Shown: positions 19,676-29,851 of the stretch, one piece after another
Layout: the number at the start of each line of letters is the position of its first letter
How positions within the stretch are numbered: the stretch's first letter is position 1
Assembly (NCBI GenBank): GCA_009922495.1
Contig: RFVQ01000001.1
Location: forward strand, 1 to 45,391
Direction of reading: 5' to 3'
Length of the DNA: 45,391 bases
From: Chitinophagia bacterium
GTDB taxonomy: Bacteria > Bacteroidota > Bacteroidia > Chitinophagales > Chitinophagaceae
Program-made: the position numbers and the translations under genes
Notes under the pieces: model-generated
The model's input: the letters and a program-made list of their open reading frames with translations, nothing else
Told to the model about the DNA's origin: nothing
The model's database searches: none

Positions 19676-20595
19676 CAATGAATGTTCACGTTCATTTTTT
19701 CCAATAACCCATTGAGTTCTTCCACAGAGTAATACTCAAGGGTGATTTTACCTCTGCCGGTATGGTGGTGTTCAATTTTGACCTTTGTGCCAAAATGGCC
19801 AGATAATTGGTCCTGTATCTTACCAAATTGTCCCTTTGGTTTTGTGTCACCAACTGTTTTTTGCTTCCCTGGTTTGTACAATTGTTTTACCAAATCTTCA
19901 GTCTGGCGTACAGAAAGTTTTTTGGACACAATGGTATTGAAGACATACAATTGTTTGTCGACTTCTCCAGCATTGATCAATGCCCTTGCATGCCCCATGG
20001 AAAGGGACCCATTTCTTACCGCTACGATGATATCAGGGGGGAGTTTAAGCATGCGTATGTAATTCGATACGGTACTCCTGTCCATTCCCATCGTGGCGGC
20101 CACTTCTTCCTGGGTCATGGAGCACTCATCCATGAGTCTTTGGTAGCTCAACCCGATCTCTATTGCATTGAGGTTTTCTCTTTGAAGGTTTTCCAGAAGA
20201 GCCAACTCCAATACTTGCTTATCATCTGCTTCTCTGATGAAAACAGGAACTTCTTTGATGCCAGCCAATTTCGAGGCTCTCCACCTTCTCTCACCGGCAA
20301 TGAGTTTGTATTTGCCTGATGGAAGCGGCTTGACGGTAAGCGGTTGAATGATATCATGCAATTTGATGGACTGGGCAAGTTCCTCCAATGCTTTGCTGTC
20401 AAAATCCTGCCTTGGTTGCTTCGGGTTTGGAATGATATCATCCAGCGCGATTCTCGATATGGAAGTGTTTTTTGATACAACTTCTTGTTTGAGGTTTCCC
20501 GCAGGATTTTTTAATTCGGAATCGATGCTCCCGAGTAGTGAGCGGATTCCTCTGTTCAATGCCTCTTTTTTATTGGAAGGGTTGTTACTCATCAT
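19675..20595 (-). CDS. parB: Chromosome partitioning protein ParB
   Basis: [35 protein letters not shown]. Start at 20595 or 20592. Confidence 0.96.
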   Translation of the reverse strand: MMSNNPSNKKEALNRGIRSLLGSIDSELKNPAGNLKQEVVSKNTSISRIALDDIIPNPKQPRQDFDSKALEELAQSIKLHDIIQPLTVKPLPSGKYKLIAGERRWRASKLAGIKEVPVFIREADDKQVLELALLENLQRENLNAIEIGLSYQRLMDECSMTQEEVAATMGMDRSTVSNYIRMLKLPPDIIVAVRNGSLSMGHARALINAGEVDKQLYVFNTIVSKKLSVRQTEDLVKQLYKPGKQKTVGDTKPKGQFGKIQDQLSGHFGTKVKIEHHHTGRGKITLEYYSVEELNGLLEKMNVNIH

Positions 20596-21397
20596 CTGAA
20601 TTTAAAGTTCTTTCGGATTCCTTTATTTTGGTGAGATTGTTTTTTTGCAGAATCTCTTTGGCCAGGTTTAAATAATTGATGGCACCCTTGCTTTCTGCAT
20701 CATAGAGTATGACAGGTTTTCCTACACTGGGGGCTTCGCTGAGCCTGGAGTTCCTGTTGATGAGTGTATTGAAAACCATGTCTTCAAAATGTCTTCTCAC
20801 TTCACTGACAATTTGATTGCACAGTCTCAACCGCATATCATACATGGTCATGAGAATTCCTTCAATCGCAAGAGAAGGGTTTAGTCTGCTTTGTACGATC
20901 TTGATGGTATTCAGGAGTTTACCCAAGCCTTCAAGGGCAAAAAATTCTGCCTGAACAGGAACCACAACTGAATCTGCTGCAACCAATGCATTGACGGTAA
21001 TCAATCCCAAAGAAGGAGAGCAATCGATCACAATAAAGTCATATTGATCCCTGATCTCATCAAGGATATTCTTGATTACATTTTCCCGCTGGGGATAGTT
21101 GATCATCTCCAATTCAGCGCCTACAAGGTCAATATGGGAGGGGATGAGGTCAAGGTTGGGGATTTCTGTTTTTAAAATTGTATCTGAAGCTTTGGCATCA
21201 CCCACCATACAATCATAAATGCTCTGCTGAATGTTTTGAAGATCGAATCCAACCCCCGATGTACTGTTTGCCTGTGGATCTGCATCTACCAGCAATGTTT
21301 TGTATTCCAGCACGGCAAGACTTGCTGCCAGGTTGATGGCTGTGGTTGTTTTGCCGACTCCACCTTTTTGATTTGCTACACCGATGATCCGAGCCAT
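20585..21397 (-). CDS. parA: Chromosome partitioning ATPase ParA/Soj
   Basis: [11 protein letters not shown] deviant Walker [22 protein letters not shown]. Confidence 0.96.
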   Translation of the reverse strand: MARIIGVANQKGGVGKTTTAINLAASLAVLEYKTLLVDADPQANSTSGVGFDLQNIQQSIYDCMVGDAKASDTILKTEIPNLDLIPSHIDLVGAELEMINYPQRENVIKNILDEIRDQYDFIVIDCSPSLGLITVNALVAADSVVVPVQAEFFALEGLGKLLNTIKIVQSRLNPSLAIEGILMTMYDMRLRLCNQIVSEVRRHFEDMVFNTLINRNSRLSEAPSVGKPVILYDAESKGAINYLNLAKEILQKNNLTKIKESERTLNSDDE

Positions 21398-21428
21398 GAA
21401 GCTTATGGTTTTTGGGGTTGAAGGACAA

Positions 21429-21436
21429 CAAATTTA
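21429..21436 (-). promoter_or_regulatory. -7 promoter element TAAATTTG of the parA operon
   Basis: Exact TAnnTTTG on the minus strand, 31 nt upstream of the parA ATG. Confidence 0.6.
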
Positions 21437-21505
21437 CAATTTCAGGTCCATTTGACGGAACATTCCCCATAATTATATGTTATCCTTTTCAGCTATTTTA
21501 GCCCC

Positions 21506-22753
21506 ATGAAAAAACTTTTCGGCTCCTGGTTGTTCATTATTGTAATGGTCTCCATTGATCTCTATGTGTTTCAGGCCCTTAGATTGGTTACAGAAACCCT
21601 TCCCGGCCGTTATCGGCTGATCATTCATGCGATCTATTGGTCGTTTACCGTAGTGGCTATTTTGTTATTTCTGTTGATACCCTATATTGGTTTTGAAAAC
21701 TTACCTGGCTTTATCAGGACCCAAGTTTTTGCCATTGTGGTAGGATTTTTCATTGCCAAGCTGATTGCATCCCTTTTTTTCCTGGTCGACGATCTAAGAA
21801 GAATTTTACAATGGGGTGGGGTAAAGGCACTTAAGCTCGCGGGATCAGAAAAGCTGACAGATGACCAACCCATCACCCGATCCATTTTTTTGTCTTGGTT
21901 GGGCATAGGCATTGGAGGAAGCTTATTTGGGTCCCTCTTGTATGGATTTTCCAACAAGTACAGCTACAAGGTTGAAAAAGTCAAATTGCACTTCAAACAT
22001 TTGCCGGAAGCGTTCAGGGGATTGAAGATTCTTCAGATCTCAGACATTCATTCCGGCAGTCTTACGGATCATGCAGCAGTAGCCAAAGGGGTACAAAAGA
22101 TGCTGGACATGGAGCCCGATATAATTTTCTTCACAGGAGATCTTGTCAACAATGTGGCTGACGAAATGGAGGACCTGAAAAAGGTCTTTTCAAGACTCAA
22201 GGCACCATTGGGAGTGTATAGCATATTGGGCAACCACGATTATGGTGATTATGTTCCCTGGGAAAGCCAGGAAGCAAAGGCTGCCAACCTGGAAAAATTG
22301 AAAGCCATCCATCGGGAGATGGGGTGGAGGTTGTTGTTGAATGAACATGTGCCCATTGAAAGGGGGGGAGAACAAATAGCATTGATCGGTGTCGAGAACT
22401 GGGGTGCCAAGGCAAGATTTAGCAAATACGGAGATCTTTCAAAGGCCTATGAGGGTTCTGATAAATATCCATTCAAAATGCTGCTAAGCCATGACCCAAG
22501 CCATTGGGAGGCGGAAGTGTGTAAGCATTATGCAGATATTGATCTGGTTTTTTCCGGGCACACGCACGGTATGCAATTTGGGGTTGAAATCCCAGGTTTT
22601 CGGTGGAGCCCGGTTCAATATGTATACCGCCAATGGGCGGGCCTTTATCAAAAGGAACATCAAAAATTGTATGTTAACAGAGGCTTTGGGTTTTTGGGTT
22701 ATCCCGGCAGGGTTGGAATCCTTCCTGAGATCACCTTCATGGAATTGACCTGA
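21506..22753 (+). CDS. Membrane-anchored calcineurin-like metallophosphoesterase (YkuE/YaeI-like)
   Basis: N-terminal TM helices; SDIH, TGDLVN, GNHDY, SHDP and GHTHG motifs. Confidence 0.92.
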   Translation: MKKLFGSWLFIIVMVSIDLYVFQALRLVTETLPGRYRLIIHAIYWSFTVVAILLFLLIPYIGFENLPGFIRTQVFAIVVGFFIAKLIASLFFLVDDLRRILQWGGVKALKLAGSEKLTDDQPITRSIFLSWLGIGIGGSLFGSLLYGFSNKYSYKVEKVKLHFKHLPEAFRGLKILQISDIHSGSLTDHAAVAKGVQKMLDMEPDIIFFTGDLVNNVADEMEDLKKVFSRLKAPLGVYSILGNHDYGDYVPWESQEAKAANLEKLKAIHREMGWRLLLNEHVPIERGGEQIALIGVENWGAKARFSKYGDLSKAYEGSDKYPFKMLLSHDPSHWEAEVCKHYADIDLVFSGHTHGMQFGVEIPGFRWSPVQYVYRQWAGLYQKEHQKLYVNRGFGFLGYPGRVGILPEITFMELT

Positions 22754-22811
22754 CTTTAACAATTCCTTTTATATCTTGCTGTAGGTTTTCTTGTCAAAAC
22801 AATACCAAAAC

Positions 22812-23837
22812 ATGAAAATGACCAGCTTCCGATCCTTCACTTTTGTTTCCCTTTTTTTATTGCTTGGATTTCATTCAAGTGCACAGCTTACAAAAATTGA
22901 TACCGCAGCCATAAGGGCTGATCTTTCCTTGATGGACAAGGATAGTTTGTTGAAAGAGTTAAAAGGAATGCTTGATTCCTCAGGCAATCAGAAAAGTTTT
23001 TTTTCTGCAACCGTATCTGTAAGCAATCGCCTTTTTAGCAGCACGAACAATGCCTTCAATGCCCAGCAGACCTCTTCAGGGGCTGCAATTCTTCCTTCAG
23101 TATCCTATTACCATAAGTCTGGTTTAGGGATGACTTCAACTGCTTATGTGAGACCCGGCACTTCTGCTGCGGGACTTTATCAAATGGCTTTTACACCATC
23201 CTATGATTTCATAGGCAGCAAATCGATGGCAGGAATTTCCTATACCCGCTATCTAAAAACAGATCCGACAAATAGTTTTGCAACTCCCTATGACAATGAG
23301 GTATATGGTTATTTTCAGATGAGAAAGACATGGATCAGGCCCTCGCTCACATTGGGGTGGGCAGAAGGAAGTTATAAGGATGTTTCCACCATTCCAGTTT
23401 CTGTTAGAGGAAATACCATTTGGGTCACCGATACCTCAAGAATCACGATCAATGATTTTTCTGTGATCGCAGGTATATCCCATAGTTTTAATTTTTCTGA
23501 TGTGTTGGCAAATGGAGACATGCTGACAGTTCTCCCTCAGTTAAGTTTAATCGGTGGAATTCAGCAATACAATTCAACTCCGCTTTCTCGAAATATGGGA
23601 TATGGACCCCGTTCAAAGTTGGAGGATCTGGGAAGGGTTAGAGAGCGTTATAATTTCAGGTCTTCATCCACCACTTCCAATTTTATGCTGCAAACAGCTG
23701 CAGCCTCTTTAAATCTTTCCTGGTACAAGGGAGCCTTTTCTTTTTCGGGAGGCTATTTTATGGGGTATTATTTTCAGTCGGCCACCAGTAGCCAATGGGC
23801 ACATATTTTTAATTTATCCGTAGGTATAACATTTTAA
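22812..23837 (+). CDS. Hypothetical outer-membrane beta-barrel protein
   Basis: Signal peptide, alternating aromatic/hydrophobic strands, C-terminal 'NLSVGITF'. Start uncertain (22812 or 22818). Confidence 0.65.
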   Translation: MKMTSFRSFTFVSLFLLLGFHSSAQLTKIDTAAIRADLSLMDKDSLLKELKGMLDSSGNQKSFFSATVSVSNRLFSSTNNAFNAQQTSSGAAILPSVSYYHKSGLGMTSTAYVRPGTSAAGLYQMAFTPSYDFIGSKSMAGISYTRYLKTDPTNSFATPYDNEVYGYFQMRKTWIRPSLTLGWAEGSYKDVSTIPVSVRGNTIWVTDTSRITINDFSVIAGISHSFNFSDVLANGDMLTVLPQLSLIGGIQQYNSTPLSRNMGYGPRSKLEDLGRVRERYNFRSSSTTSNFMLQTAAASLNLSWYKGAFSFSGGYFMGYYFQSATSSQWAHIFNLSVGITF

Positions 23838-23902
23838 TATGTTGATCCGTATACATTCTTTATCGATACAATCTATCTATTCACTGTCTTAAAAATGGCA
23901 TC

Positions 23903-24493
23903 ATGAAAAAAGTATTATTTTTTATCATCGCAGTTTTTCTGAATGCAGCTTTTCTACATGCACAAGGATTTAAAATTGGCGGTAAAGTAGGTGCCAATAT
24001 CACTGGGCTTACTGGAATACAATTTGACCAAGGATTTAACTTTGGATACCATGCTGGTGGTTTCGCTGAAATCATGCTCAGCAAGAAATGGGGGATACAG
24101 CCGGAAGTATTGTGGAGTCAAACAAGCGTTACACCTTCCTCTTCCTTTGATGCCCTTCGTCCTGATCTGGCCAATTTGGCTACCATCAAATTGAATTATA
24201 TCAACATTCCGGTGTTGCTTACCATTAAACCTGTAAAACTCATTTCATTTCAGGTGGGGCCGCAATTCGGGATTCTTCGAGACAAGAACCAATCTTTTAC
24301 AGGAAATGCAGCCAGTGCCTTCAAATCAGGCGATCTTTCTTTGTTGGGAGGTGCCCAGCTCAATCTTTTGGGTTTCAGGATATATGGCCGATATGCAATT
24401 GGGCTAACGGATATCAATGATATTCAAAATGTTGCAACAGCCGAAAAATGGAAAAGCAAGACGCTTCAAATTGGCGTTGGACTTGCACTATGA
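23903..24493 (+). CDS. Porin-family outer-membrane beta-barrel protein (OMP_b-brl_2 / PorT-like)
   Basis: Signal peptide; GGKVGAN, GIQPEVLWSQ, LNYINIPVL, GPQFG, GRYAIGL. Confidence 0.85.
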   Translation: MKKVLFFIIAVFLNAAFLHAQGFKIGGKVGANITGLTGIQFDQGFNFGYHAGGFAEIMLSKKWGIQPEVLWSQTSVTPSSSFDALRPDLANLATIKLNYINIPVLLTIKPVKLISFQVGPQFGILRDKNQSFTGNAASAFKSGDLSLLGGAQLNLLGFRIYGRYAIGLTDINDIQNVATAEKWKSKTLQIGVGLAL

Positions 24494-24512
24494 TATGATC
24501 TTCTGTTGGTTG

Positions 24513-24542
24513 AAAATCCCGGGTTTGACCTGGGATTTTTTT
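24513..24542 (+). terminator. Rho-independent terminator
   Basis: AAAATCCCGGGT-TTG-ACCTGGGATTTTTTT. Confidence 0.85.
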
Positions 24543-24544
24543 AT

Positions 24545-24559
24545 TGGCATCAAACTTGA
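24545..24559 (+). promoter_or_regulatory. Putative sigma54-type (-24/-12) promoter of lon
   Basis: TGGCAT-CAAAC-TTGA matches TGGCAC-N5-TTGC spacing, with GA in place of GC at -12. Confidence 0.5.
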
Positions 24560-24633
24560 GCTATAGTACCGATCAAGCCCCGCTTGGGCTTTGAATGCAG
24601 GTCGAGTGACATATTGTCGCAAAATGTGAAAAA

Positions 24634-27036
24634 ATGGAATTCAAAATGAATTATTTGCAGCAAGAAGAAGAAATGGACTTCATGCCCATTATCCCGTTGA
24701 ATGAAAATGGTACAGAGGGGGCAGATGATACTCCTATTCCCGCTGAACTACCCTTGCTTCCCCTTCGGAATACAGTACTTTTTCCAGGCGTTGTCATTCC
24801 TATTACCGTAGGAAGGGATAAATCAATAAAAGCAATTGCTGAGTCATACAAGACTGACAAATTGGTAGGGGTATTGTCACAAAAAGACAGCAATGTGGAA
24901 GACCCCGGAATAAGTGATCTTGTTTTGATCGGAACGGTAGCCAAGATCATCAAGTTGATCAAGATGCCGGATGGCGGAACAACAGCCATCCTCCAGGGGA
25001 AAAAGCGCTTCTCCCTTCAAAAAGTGACGGCTGAGGAACCCTATTTCAAAGGTCAGATCCTGGTGCTGGAAGAAGAATTGATAGCAGATGACCAATCATT
25101 TGATGCATCTGTTGCTTCGATCAAGGATCTTGCTTCACAGATTATTCAGCTTTCCCCCAATATCCCTACTGAAGCCTCTATCATCCTCAAAAACATAGAA
25201 AATCCATCCTTTCTCATTCATTTTGTGGGAAGCAATCTCAACGGAGAACTGATGGAGAAACAGGCTTTGTTGGAAATGAATGACATGCGGCAGAGGGCAG
25301 AAATGCTGCTGAAACTGTTGCAAAAGGAATTGCAGTTTGTTGAGCTCAAAAACAAAGTGACCACCAAGACCAAGACGGAATTGGACAAACAGCAGCGGGA
25401 GTATTTTCTGCAGCAGCAGCTGAAAAGCATCAAGGATGAATTGGGGGGTGATAGCAATGACCGTGAGATTCAGGAAATGAAGAAAAAGGCAGAAGCCAAA
25501 AAATGGTCTGCTGCCGCAAAGGAAATGTTTCAAAAAGAAATTGAAAAGCTGGAACGAATGCATGCTAGCACTCCGGACTATTCAACAGTTTACAACCACA
25601 TCGATCTGATGTTGGAACTCCCCTGGGAGGAGTATACAGAAGATCATTATGATCTGAAAAAAGCAAAGAAGGTATTGGACAAAGATCATTATGGAATGCA
25701 CAAGATCAAGGAGAGGATTCTGGAGTACCTGGCCGTTCTCAAATTGAAGGGAGACATGAAAAGTCCTATTCTTTGTTTTGTAGGCCCTCCCGGTATCGGA
25801 AAAACATCCCTGGGCAAAAGCATTGCCAGTGCTATTGGCAGGAAGTATGTTCGCTTTAGTTTGGGAGGATTGCATGATGAAAGTGAAATCAGGGGTCACC
25901 GTAAAACCTATATTGGGGCCATGCCCGGAAGGATTCTTCAATCCCTGAGAAAGATCAAGTCTTCTAATCCGGTAATGATCCTGGATGAAATAGACAAGGT
26001 GGGCAAAGATTTCCGGGGCGACCCTTCCTCTGCCTTGTTGGAAGTATTGGATCCCGAGCAGAACAATGCTTTCTATGATAATTATTTGGAACTGGAATAT
26101 GATCTGAGCAAAGTGCTTTTCATCGCAACCGCCAACGACATACAGGGAATTCAACCTGCTTTGCGAGACAGGTTGGAAATCATTGATCTGACAGGGTATG
26201 CGGTTGAAGAAAAGGAGAAAATAGCCCAGACCCACCTTCTTCCCAAACAGAAGGAGTTGCATGGCCTGGAAAAATTCAGTTTTAAGATCAGCTCTCCCGT
26301 CATGACCCATATTATTGAGAATTATACAAGGGAGAGTGGAGTAAGGGAACTCGACAGGCAATTGGCCAGCATCATGAGAAGCCTGGCCAAGGATGTTGCT
26401 TTAAAGGGAAAGATAAAGGCCACGCTTTCTGTGAAAGACGTAGCACGCATTTTGGGTAAACCCCGTTACAGCAATGAGATATACAAAACGGCGAATATGC
26501 CGGGGGTTGCTGTGGGGCTGGCATGGACCTATGTAGGAGGAGATATTTTGTTCATTGAAACCAGTTTGAGTGATGGGAAAGGGGATATGCAGTTGACCGG
26601 TAATTTGGGGCAGGTAATGAAGGAAAGCGCCCAGACAGCACTTACCTACCTTCAATCCAATGCCAAAAAATTAGGGTTGGATGCAGAATTGTTCAAGAAA
26701 AAAAATATCCATATCCATGTGCCCGAAGGGGCAGTGCCCAAGGACGGTCCCAGTGCCGGTATCACCATGATGACAGCGCTGACATCCGCCTTTACCGGCA
26801 GAAAGGTAAAGCCTTACCTGGCCATGACAGGGGAGATCACCTTGCGGGGGCAGGTTCTGCCTGTCGGGGGGATCAAAGAAAAGATCCTGGCGGCCAAAAG
26901 GGCAGGACTCAAAGAGGTCATCCTTTGCAGTCAAAATGAGAAGGATGTACAGGAGATTAGTCCCGAGTTCATCAAAGGAATGCGTTTCCACTACGTAAAA
27001 ACCATGCAACAAGTGCTGGATTTGGCACTTTTTTAA
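24634..27036 (+). CDS. lon: ATP-dependent protease La
   Basis: [33 protein letters not shown] (catalytic Ser), GGIKEK (Lys). Confidence 0.98.
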   Translation: MEFKMNYLQQEEEMDFMPIIPLNENGTEGADDTPIPAELPLLPLRNTVLFPGVVIPITVGRDKSIKAIAESYKTDKLVGVLSQKDSNVEDPGISDLVLIGTVAKIIKLIKMPDGGTTAILQGKKRFSLQKVTAEEPYFKGQILVLEEELIADDQSFDASVASIKDLASQIIQLSPNIPTEASIILKNIENPSFLIHFVGSNLNGELMEKQALLEMNDMRQRAEMLLKLLQKELQFVELKNKVTTKTKTELDKQQREYFLQQQLKSIKDELGGDSNDREIQEMKKKAEAKKWSAAAKEMFQKEIEKLERMHASTPDYSTVYNHIDLMLELPWEEYTEDHYDLKKAKKVLDKDHYGMHKIKERILEYLAVLKLKGDMKSPILCFVGPPGIGKTSLGKSIASAIGRKYVRFSLGGLHDESEIRGHRKTYIGAMPGRILQSLRKIKSSNPVMILDEIDKVGKDFRGDPSSALLEVLDPEQNNAFYDNYLELEYDLSKVLFIATANDIQGIQPALRDRLEIIDLTGYAVEEKEKIAQTHLLPKQKELHGLEKFSFKISSPVMTHIIENYTRESGVRELDRQLASIMRSLAKDVALKGKIKATLSVKDVARILGKPRYSNEIYKTANMPGVAVGLAWTYVGGDILFIETSLSDGKGDMQLTGNLGQVMKESAQTALTYLQSNAKKLGLDAELFKKKNIHIHVPEGAVPKDGPSAGITMMTALTSAFTGRKVKPYLAMTGEITLRGQVLPVGGIKEKILAAKRAGLKEVILCSQNEKDVQEISPEFIKGMRFHYVKTMQQVLDLALF

Positions 27037-27136
27037 TTTTTTTTCAAAATCATTGAACCAAATAATTTCTTTGAGTGTTTTAATCAAACGAGAGAATCAA
27101 TTCTCTTATGTTGGTTGTTTTAAGGGTTAAAGAATC

Positions 27137-27166
27137 TCCCCCATTTTCATGGGGGATTTTCATTTT
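27137..27166 (+). terminator. Rho-independent terminator downstream of lon
   Basis: TCCCCCAT-TTTC-ATGGGGGA followed by TTTTCATTTT. Confidence 0.7.
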
Positions 27167-27191
27167 ACCCACTTCGTCTTTACCTTCGGGA

Positions 27192-28223
27192 ATGGCCTTC
27201 CGTTTCATATTCATGTTCCTGACCTTTTTTATAACAGGAAAGCTGTTCGCTCAGACATTGGGGGGCTCATCCACTTATAATTTTTTAAAGTTGCAACAGG
27301 TGCCCAGGGCTGCTTCACTTGGAGGCAGGAATGTATCTGATTTCACGGGAGGCATTGGTATGTTGACAGAAAATCCTGCCTTGCTGCAAAAAGAACATCA
27401 TCTGCAAACGGCTGCCCACTTTGGTTTTTTGGCTCCAGGCATAACAAGTCTTTATGGATTGGTGGGTTTTCATGAAAAAAGAACGAATACCGATCTGGCC
27501 TTGGGCATCTCCCATTTAACGTATGGGATGGAGGATCAGACAGATGCCGGTGGAAACATCACAGGGGTTTTCAGGGCATATGATCAGATGGTGGGCCTGA
27601 CCGTTACCAGAAAGTATGGTGATCGTTGGCGTTTTGGGATCACCCTAAAAGGCATTAACTCTCGCTATGGTCTTTTTTCCAGTATTGGTTTGGCAGCAGA
27701 TGCAGGCATTGGCTATCAAGACACAACAAGGAATTTTCAGATCGGATTCAGTGCCAAGAATATGGGATCACAATTGCGAACCTACAATGGTCAGGGAGAG
27801 GATCTGCCTTTCGATATGGTATTGGGGATAACCAAAAAACTGGACAAATCGCCTTTGCGTTTTTCATTGACTGCACAAAGAATGAACCAATTTGATATTT
27901 TGTACAATGATACCAGTTTCAATGCAGCCAACTATGGAAGGGCAGGTCTGGCTGGGTGGGGGGATAAGTTGATCAGTCATCTTATTTTGGGTACAGATAT
28001 ACTTTTGGGAGAAAGGATCACCCTTAGTGCGGGGTACAATTTTTTAAGACGCAAGGAACTTTCCTTCAGCAACATAGCCAGTGGACTGACTGGGTTCAGT
28101 TATGGCATGAGACTTCAATTCATCAAATTCAATTTCCAATACGCCAGATCCCATTTTCAGTCAGGCTTGTCGCATCACCTGATCTCTCTTCAATTGAGAA
28201 TGGCCAAAAATAACAGCGATTAG
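27192..28223 (+). CDS. porQ: Type IX secretion system outer-membrane protein PorQ
   Basis: Signal peptide then 'GGSSTYNFLKL...RAASLGG', NPALL, KNMGSQL, DLPF, GYNFLRRKEL. The position after lon is, from recall, typical of Bacteroidota porQ. Start moved to ATG 27192. Confidence 0.82.
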   Translation: MAFRFIFMFLTFFITGKLFAQTLGGSSTYNFLKLQQVPRAASLGGRNVSDFTGGIGMLTENPALLQKEHHLQTAAHFGFLAPGITSLYGLVGFHEKRTNTDLALGISHLTYGMEDQTDAGGNITGVFRAYDQMVGLTVTRKYGDRWRFGITLKGINSRYGLFSSIGLAADAGIGYQDTTRNFQIGFSAKNMGSQLRTYNGQGEDLPFDMVLGITKKLDKSPLRFSLTAQRMNQFDILYNDTSFNAANYGRAGLAGWGDKLISHLILGTDILLGERITLSAGYNFLRRKELSFSNIASGLTGFSYGMRLQFIKFNFQYARSHFQSGLSHHLISLQLRMAKNNSD

Positions 28224-29332
28224 AAATAGCTGAGGTTTGTTTTGGGACTGATGGACATCAATGTCTCATACATGAGTTGAATGGTATGTTCAACATCATT
28301 TTTATGCAACATTTCAACGGTTGTGTGCATGTACCGCAAGGGAATGGAAATGAGAACAGAGGGACAACCATCATTGGCATATGCGAATGAATCGGTGTCT
28401 GTTCCAGTGCTGCGGGAGACTGTTCTCATTTGCACCGGTATTTTTTTCTTGGAAGCAACATCTTCCACCAGGTTGAGCAATTTGTTGTGAACCGCTGGTC
28501 CAAAGGCAAGGGAAGGGCCTTTTCCGCAGGCAACATCTCCCTCAATGATCTTGTTGACCATTGGTGTAGTGGTATCATGTGTAACGTCTGTGATGATGGC
28601 CACATCTGGCTTGATGCGCCTTGCCATCATTTCTGCTCCACGAAGACCAATTTCCTCTTGCACAGCATTTACAACATACAAAGCATAGGGGAGTTTCTTC
28701 TTGCTGGCCTTGATCATTCTTGCCACTTCTGCGATCATGAATCCACCAATCCGGTTGTCCAAAGCCCTCCCGATGATATAGTCATAGGCCAATTCATCAT
28801 ATCCTTCTTCATAGGTAGCTACCGCCCCAATATGGATGCCCAGCGCTTCCACTTCTTTTCTGTTTTTGGCACCACAGTCCAGAAAGAGGTTTTCCACAGC
28901 AGGCTGGGGGTCTTTTCTTTCACCTCCTCCGATCCTGGTATGGATGGCAGGCCAACCAAAAACAGCTTTTACAGCCCCTTTTTTGCCATGGATCAAAACC
29001 CTTTTACCGGGTGCGATTTGGTGATCAACACCTCCGTTTCTCTTCAGGTAGATTAGGCCGGAATCAGCAATATAGTTGACAAACCAACTGATCTCATCGG
29101 CATGTGCTTCGATCACCACTTTGAATTTCTCACCGGGATTGATGATGCCAGCAACCGATCCATAGGGATCTGTCATGATTTCATCAACATGCGGCTTCAC
29201 ATGATTCAACCATAGTTTTTGTCCCCCTGATTCAAAACCGGTAGGAGAAGGAGTGTTGATATATTGGCGAAGAAAGGCGTAGGAGTCAGTTGATAAAATA
29301 CTTTTTGATTTTGCCTTGGTTGTTTTGGACAT
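28220..29332 (-). CDS. M42-family metallo-aminopeptidase
   Basis: EAHADE, ALDNR, VQEEIG, TDVTH, GTDT, PLRYMHT. Start moved to ATG 29332. Confidence 0.92.
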   Translation of the reverse strand: MSKTTKAKSKSILSTDSYAFLRQYINTPSPTGFESGGQKLWLNHVKPHVDEIMTDPYGSVAGIINPGEKFKVVIEAHADEISWFVNYIADSGLIYLKRNGGVDHQIAPGKRVLIHGKKGAVKAVFGWPAIHTRIGGGERKDPQPAVENLFLDCGAKNRKEVEALGIHIGAVATYEEGYDELAYDYIIGRALDNRIGGFMIAEVARMIKASKKKLPYALYVVNAVQEEIGLRGAEMMARRIKPDVAIITDVTHDTTTPMVNKIIEGDVACGKGPSLAFGPAVHNKLLNLVEDVASKKKIPVQMRTVSRSTGTDTDSFAYANDGCPSVLISIPLRYMHTTVEMLHKNDVEHTIQLMYETLMSISPKTNLSYF

Positions 29333-29352
29333 AAGTCTAATTTTTTGAAAGA

Positions 29353-29784
29353 CTAGCGTAAGATGATGATCGATTGCGTTTTGGCCGTATCGCTTTTGTT
29401 GCCCTTGGCGTCTTTCATCCAAAAGCTGAAAGTGGCCGTATCGTTGCGATTGCAACGGGGTTGTAATTCAATGGCATAGCTGAAGGTGATCAATACTTCG
29501 CCATCAAAGTTTGTGGTTCTGGGTGTTTCAACAGGAATCCGGTACAGGAAGGAATCGACAAAATTGCTTTGGGCACAACGGGTAGTGGATTTTTTTACCC
29601 AGATGGTGTCTACAAAATCTCCTTCTTTGTCGGTCAGGCGCATTCGGATTTGAAGATCACTCCCAATGGGAACCACTGATCCACTGACCGATTTAATCTT
29701 TAGCTGTGGTTTGGATTGAAAAGTTTCCTTTCCGCAAGAGAAAAGGAAGAGAGGCAGCAGTAAGGCGATGAACCGTTTTGTCAT
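29353..29784 (-). CDS. Hypothetical lipoprotein
   Basis: Lipobox 'LFLFSC'; beta-rich mature domain with 'TDKEGD' and two further Cys. Confidence 0.8.
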   Translation of the reverse strand: MTKRFIALLLPLFLFSCGKETFQSKPQLKIKSVSGSVVPIGSDLQIRMRLTDKEGDFVDTIWVKKSTTRCAQSNFVDSFLYRIPVETPRTTNFDGEVLITFSYAIELQPRCNRNDTATFSFWMKDAKGNKSDTAKTQSIIILR

Positions 29785-29785
29785 G

Positions 29786-29810
29786 TACCTTTGTTATCTG
29801 TTCAAAATTA
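29786..29810. promoter_or_regulatory. Bidirectional promoter with two opposed -7 elements
   Basis: TACCTTTG on + (29786-29793) and TAATTTTG on - (29803-29810), 9 nt apart. Confidence 0.6.
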
Positions 29811-29851
29811 ACCGTTTCAGCTTGAAAAACCTATTCAACAGCGCGCATTTT

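Noticed and set aside
19675-21505. Plasmid partition cassette, parS site or oriC near parAB
   Set aside because: Chromosomal-type ParA/ParB in an operon with dapB. By eye I found no TGTTTCACGTGAAACA-like site and no DnaA-box cluster.
25582-26361. 259-aa antisense ORF inside lon
   Set aside because: Shadow ORF opposite a conserved gene; no motifs, promoter or sensible composition.
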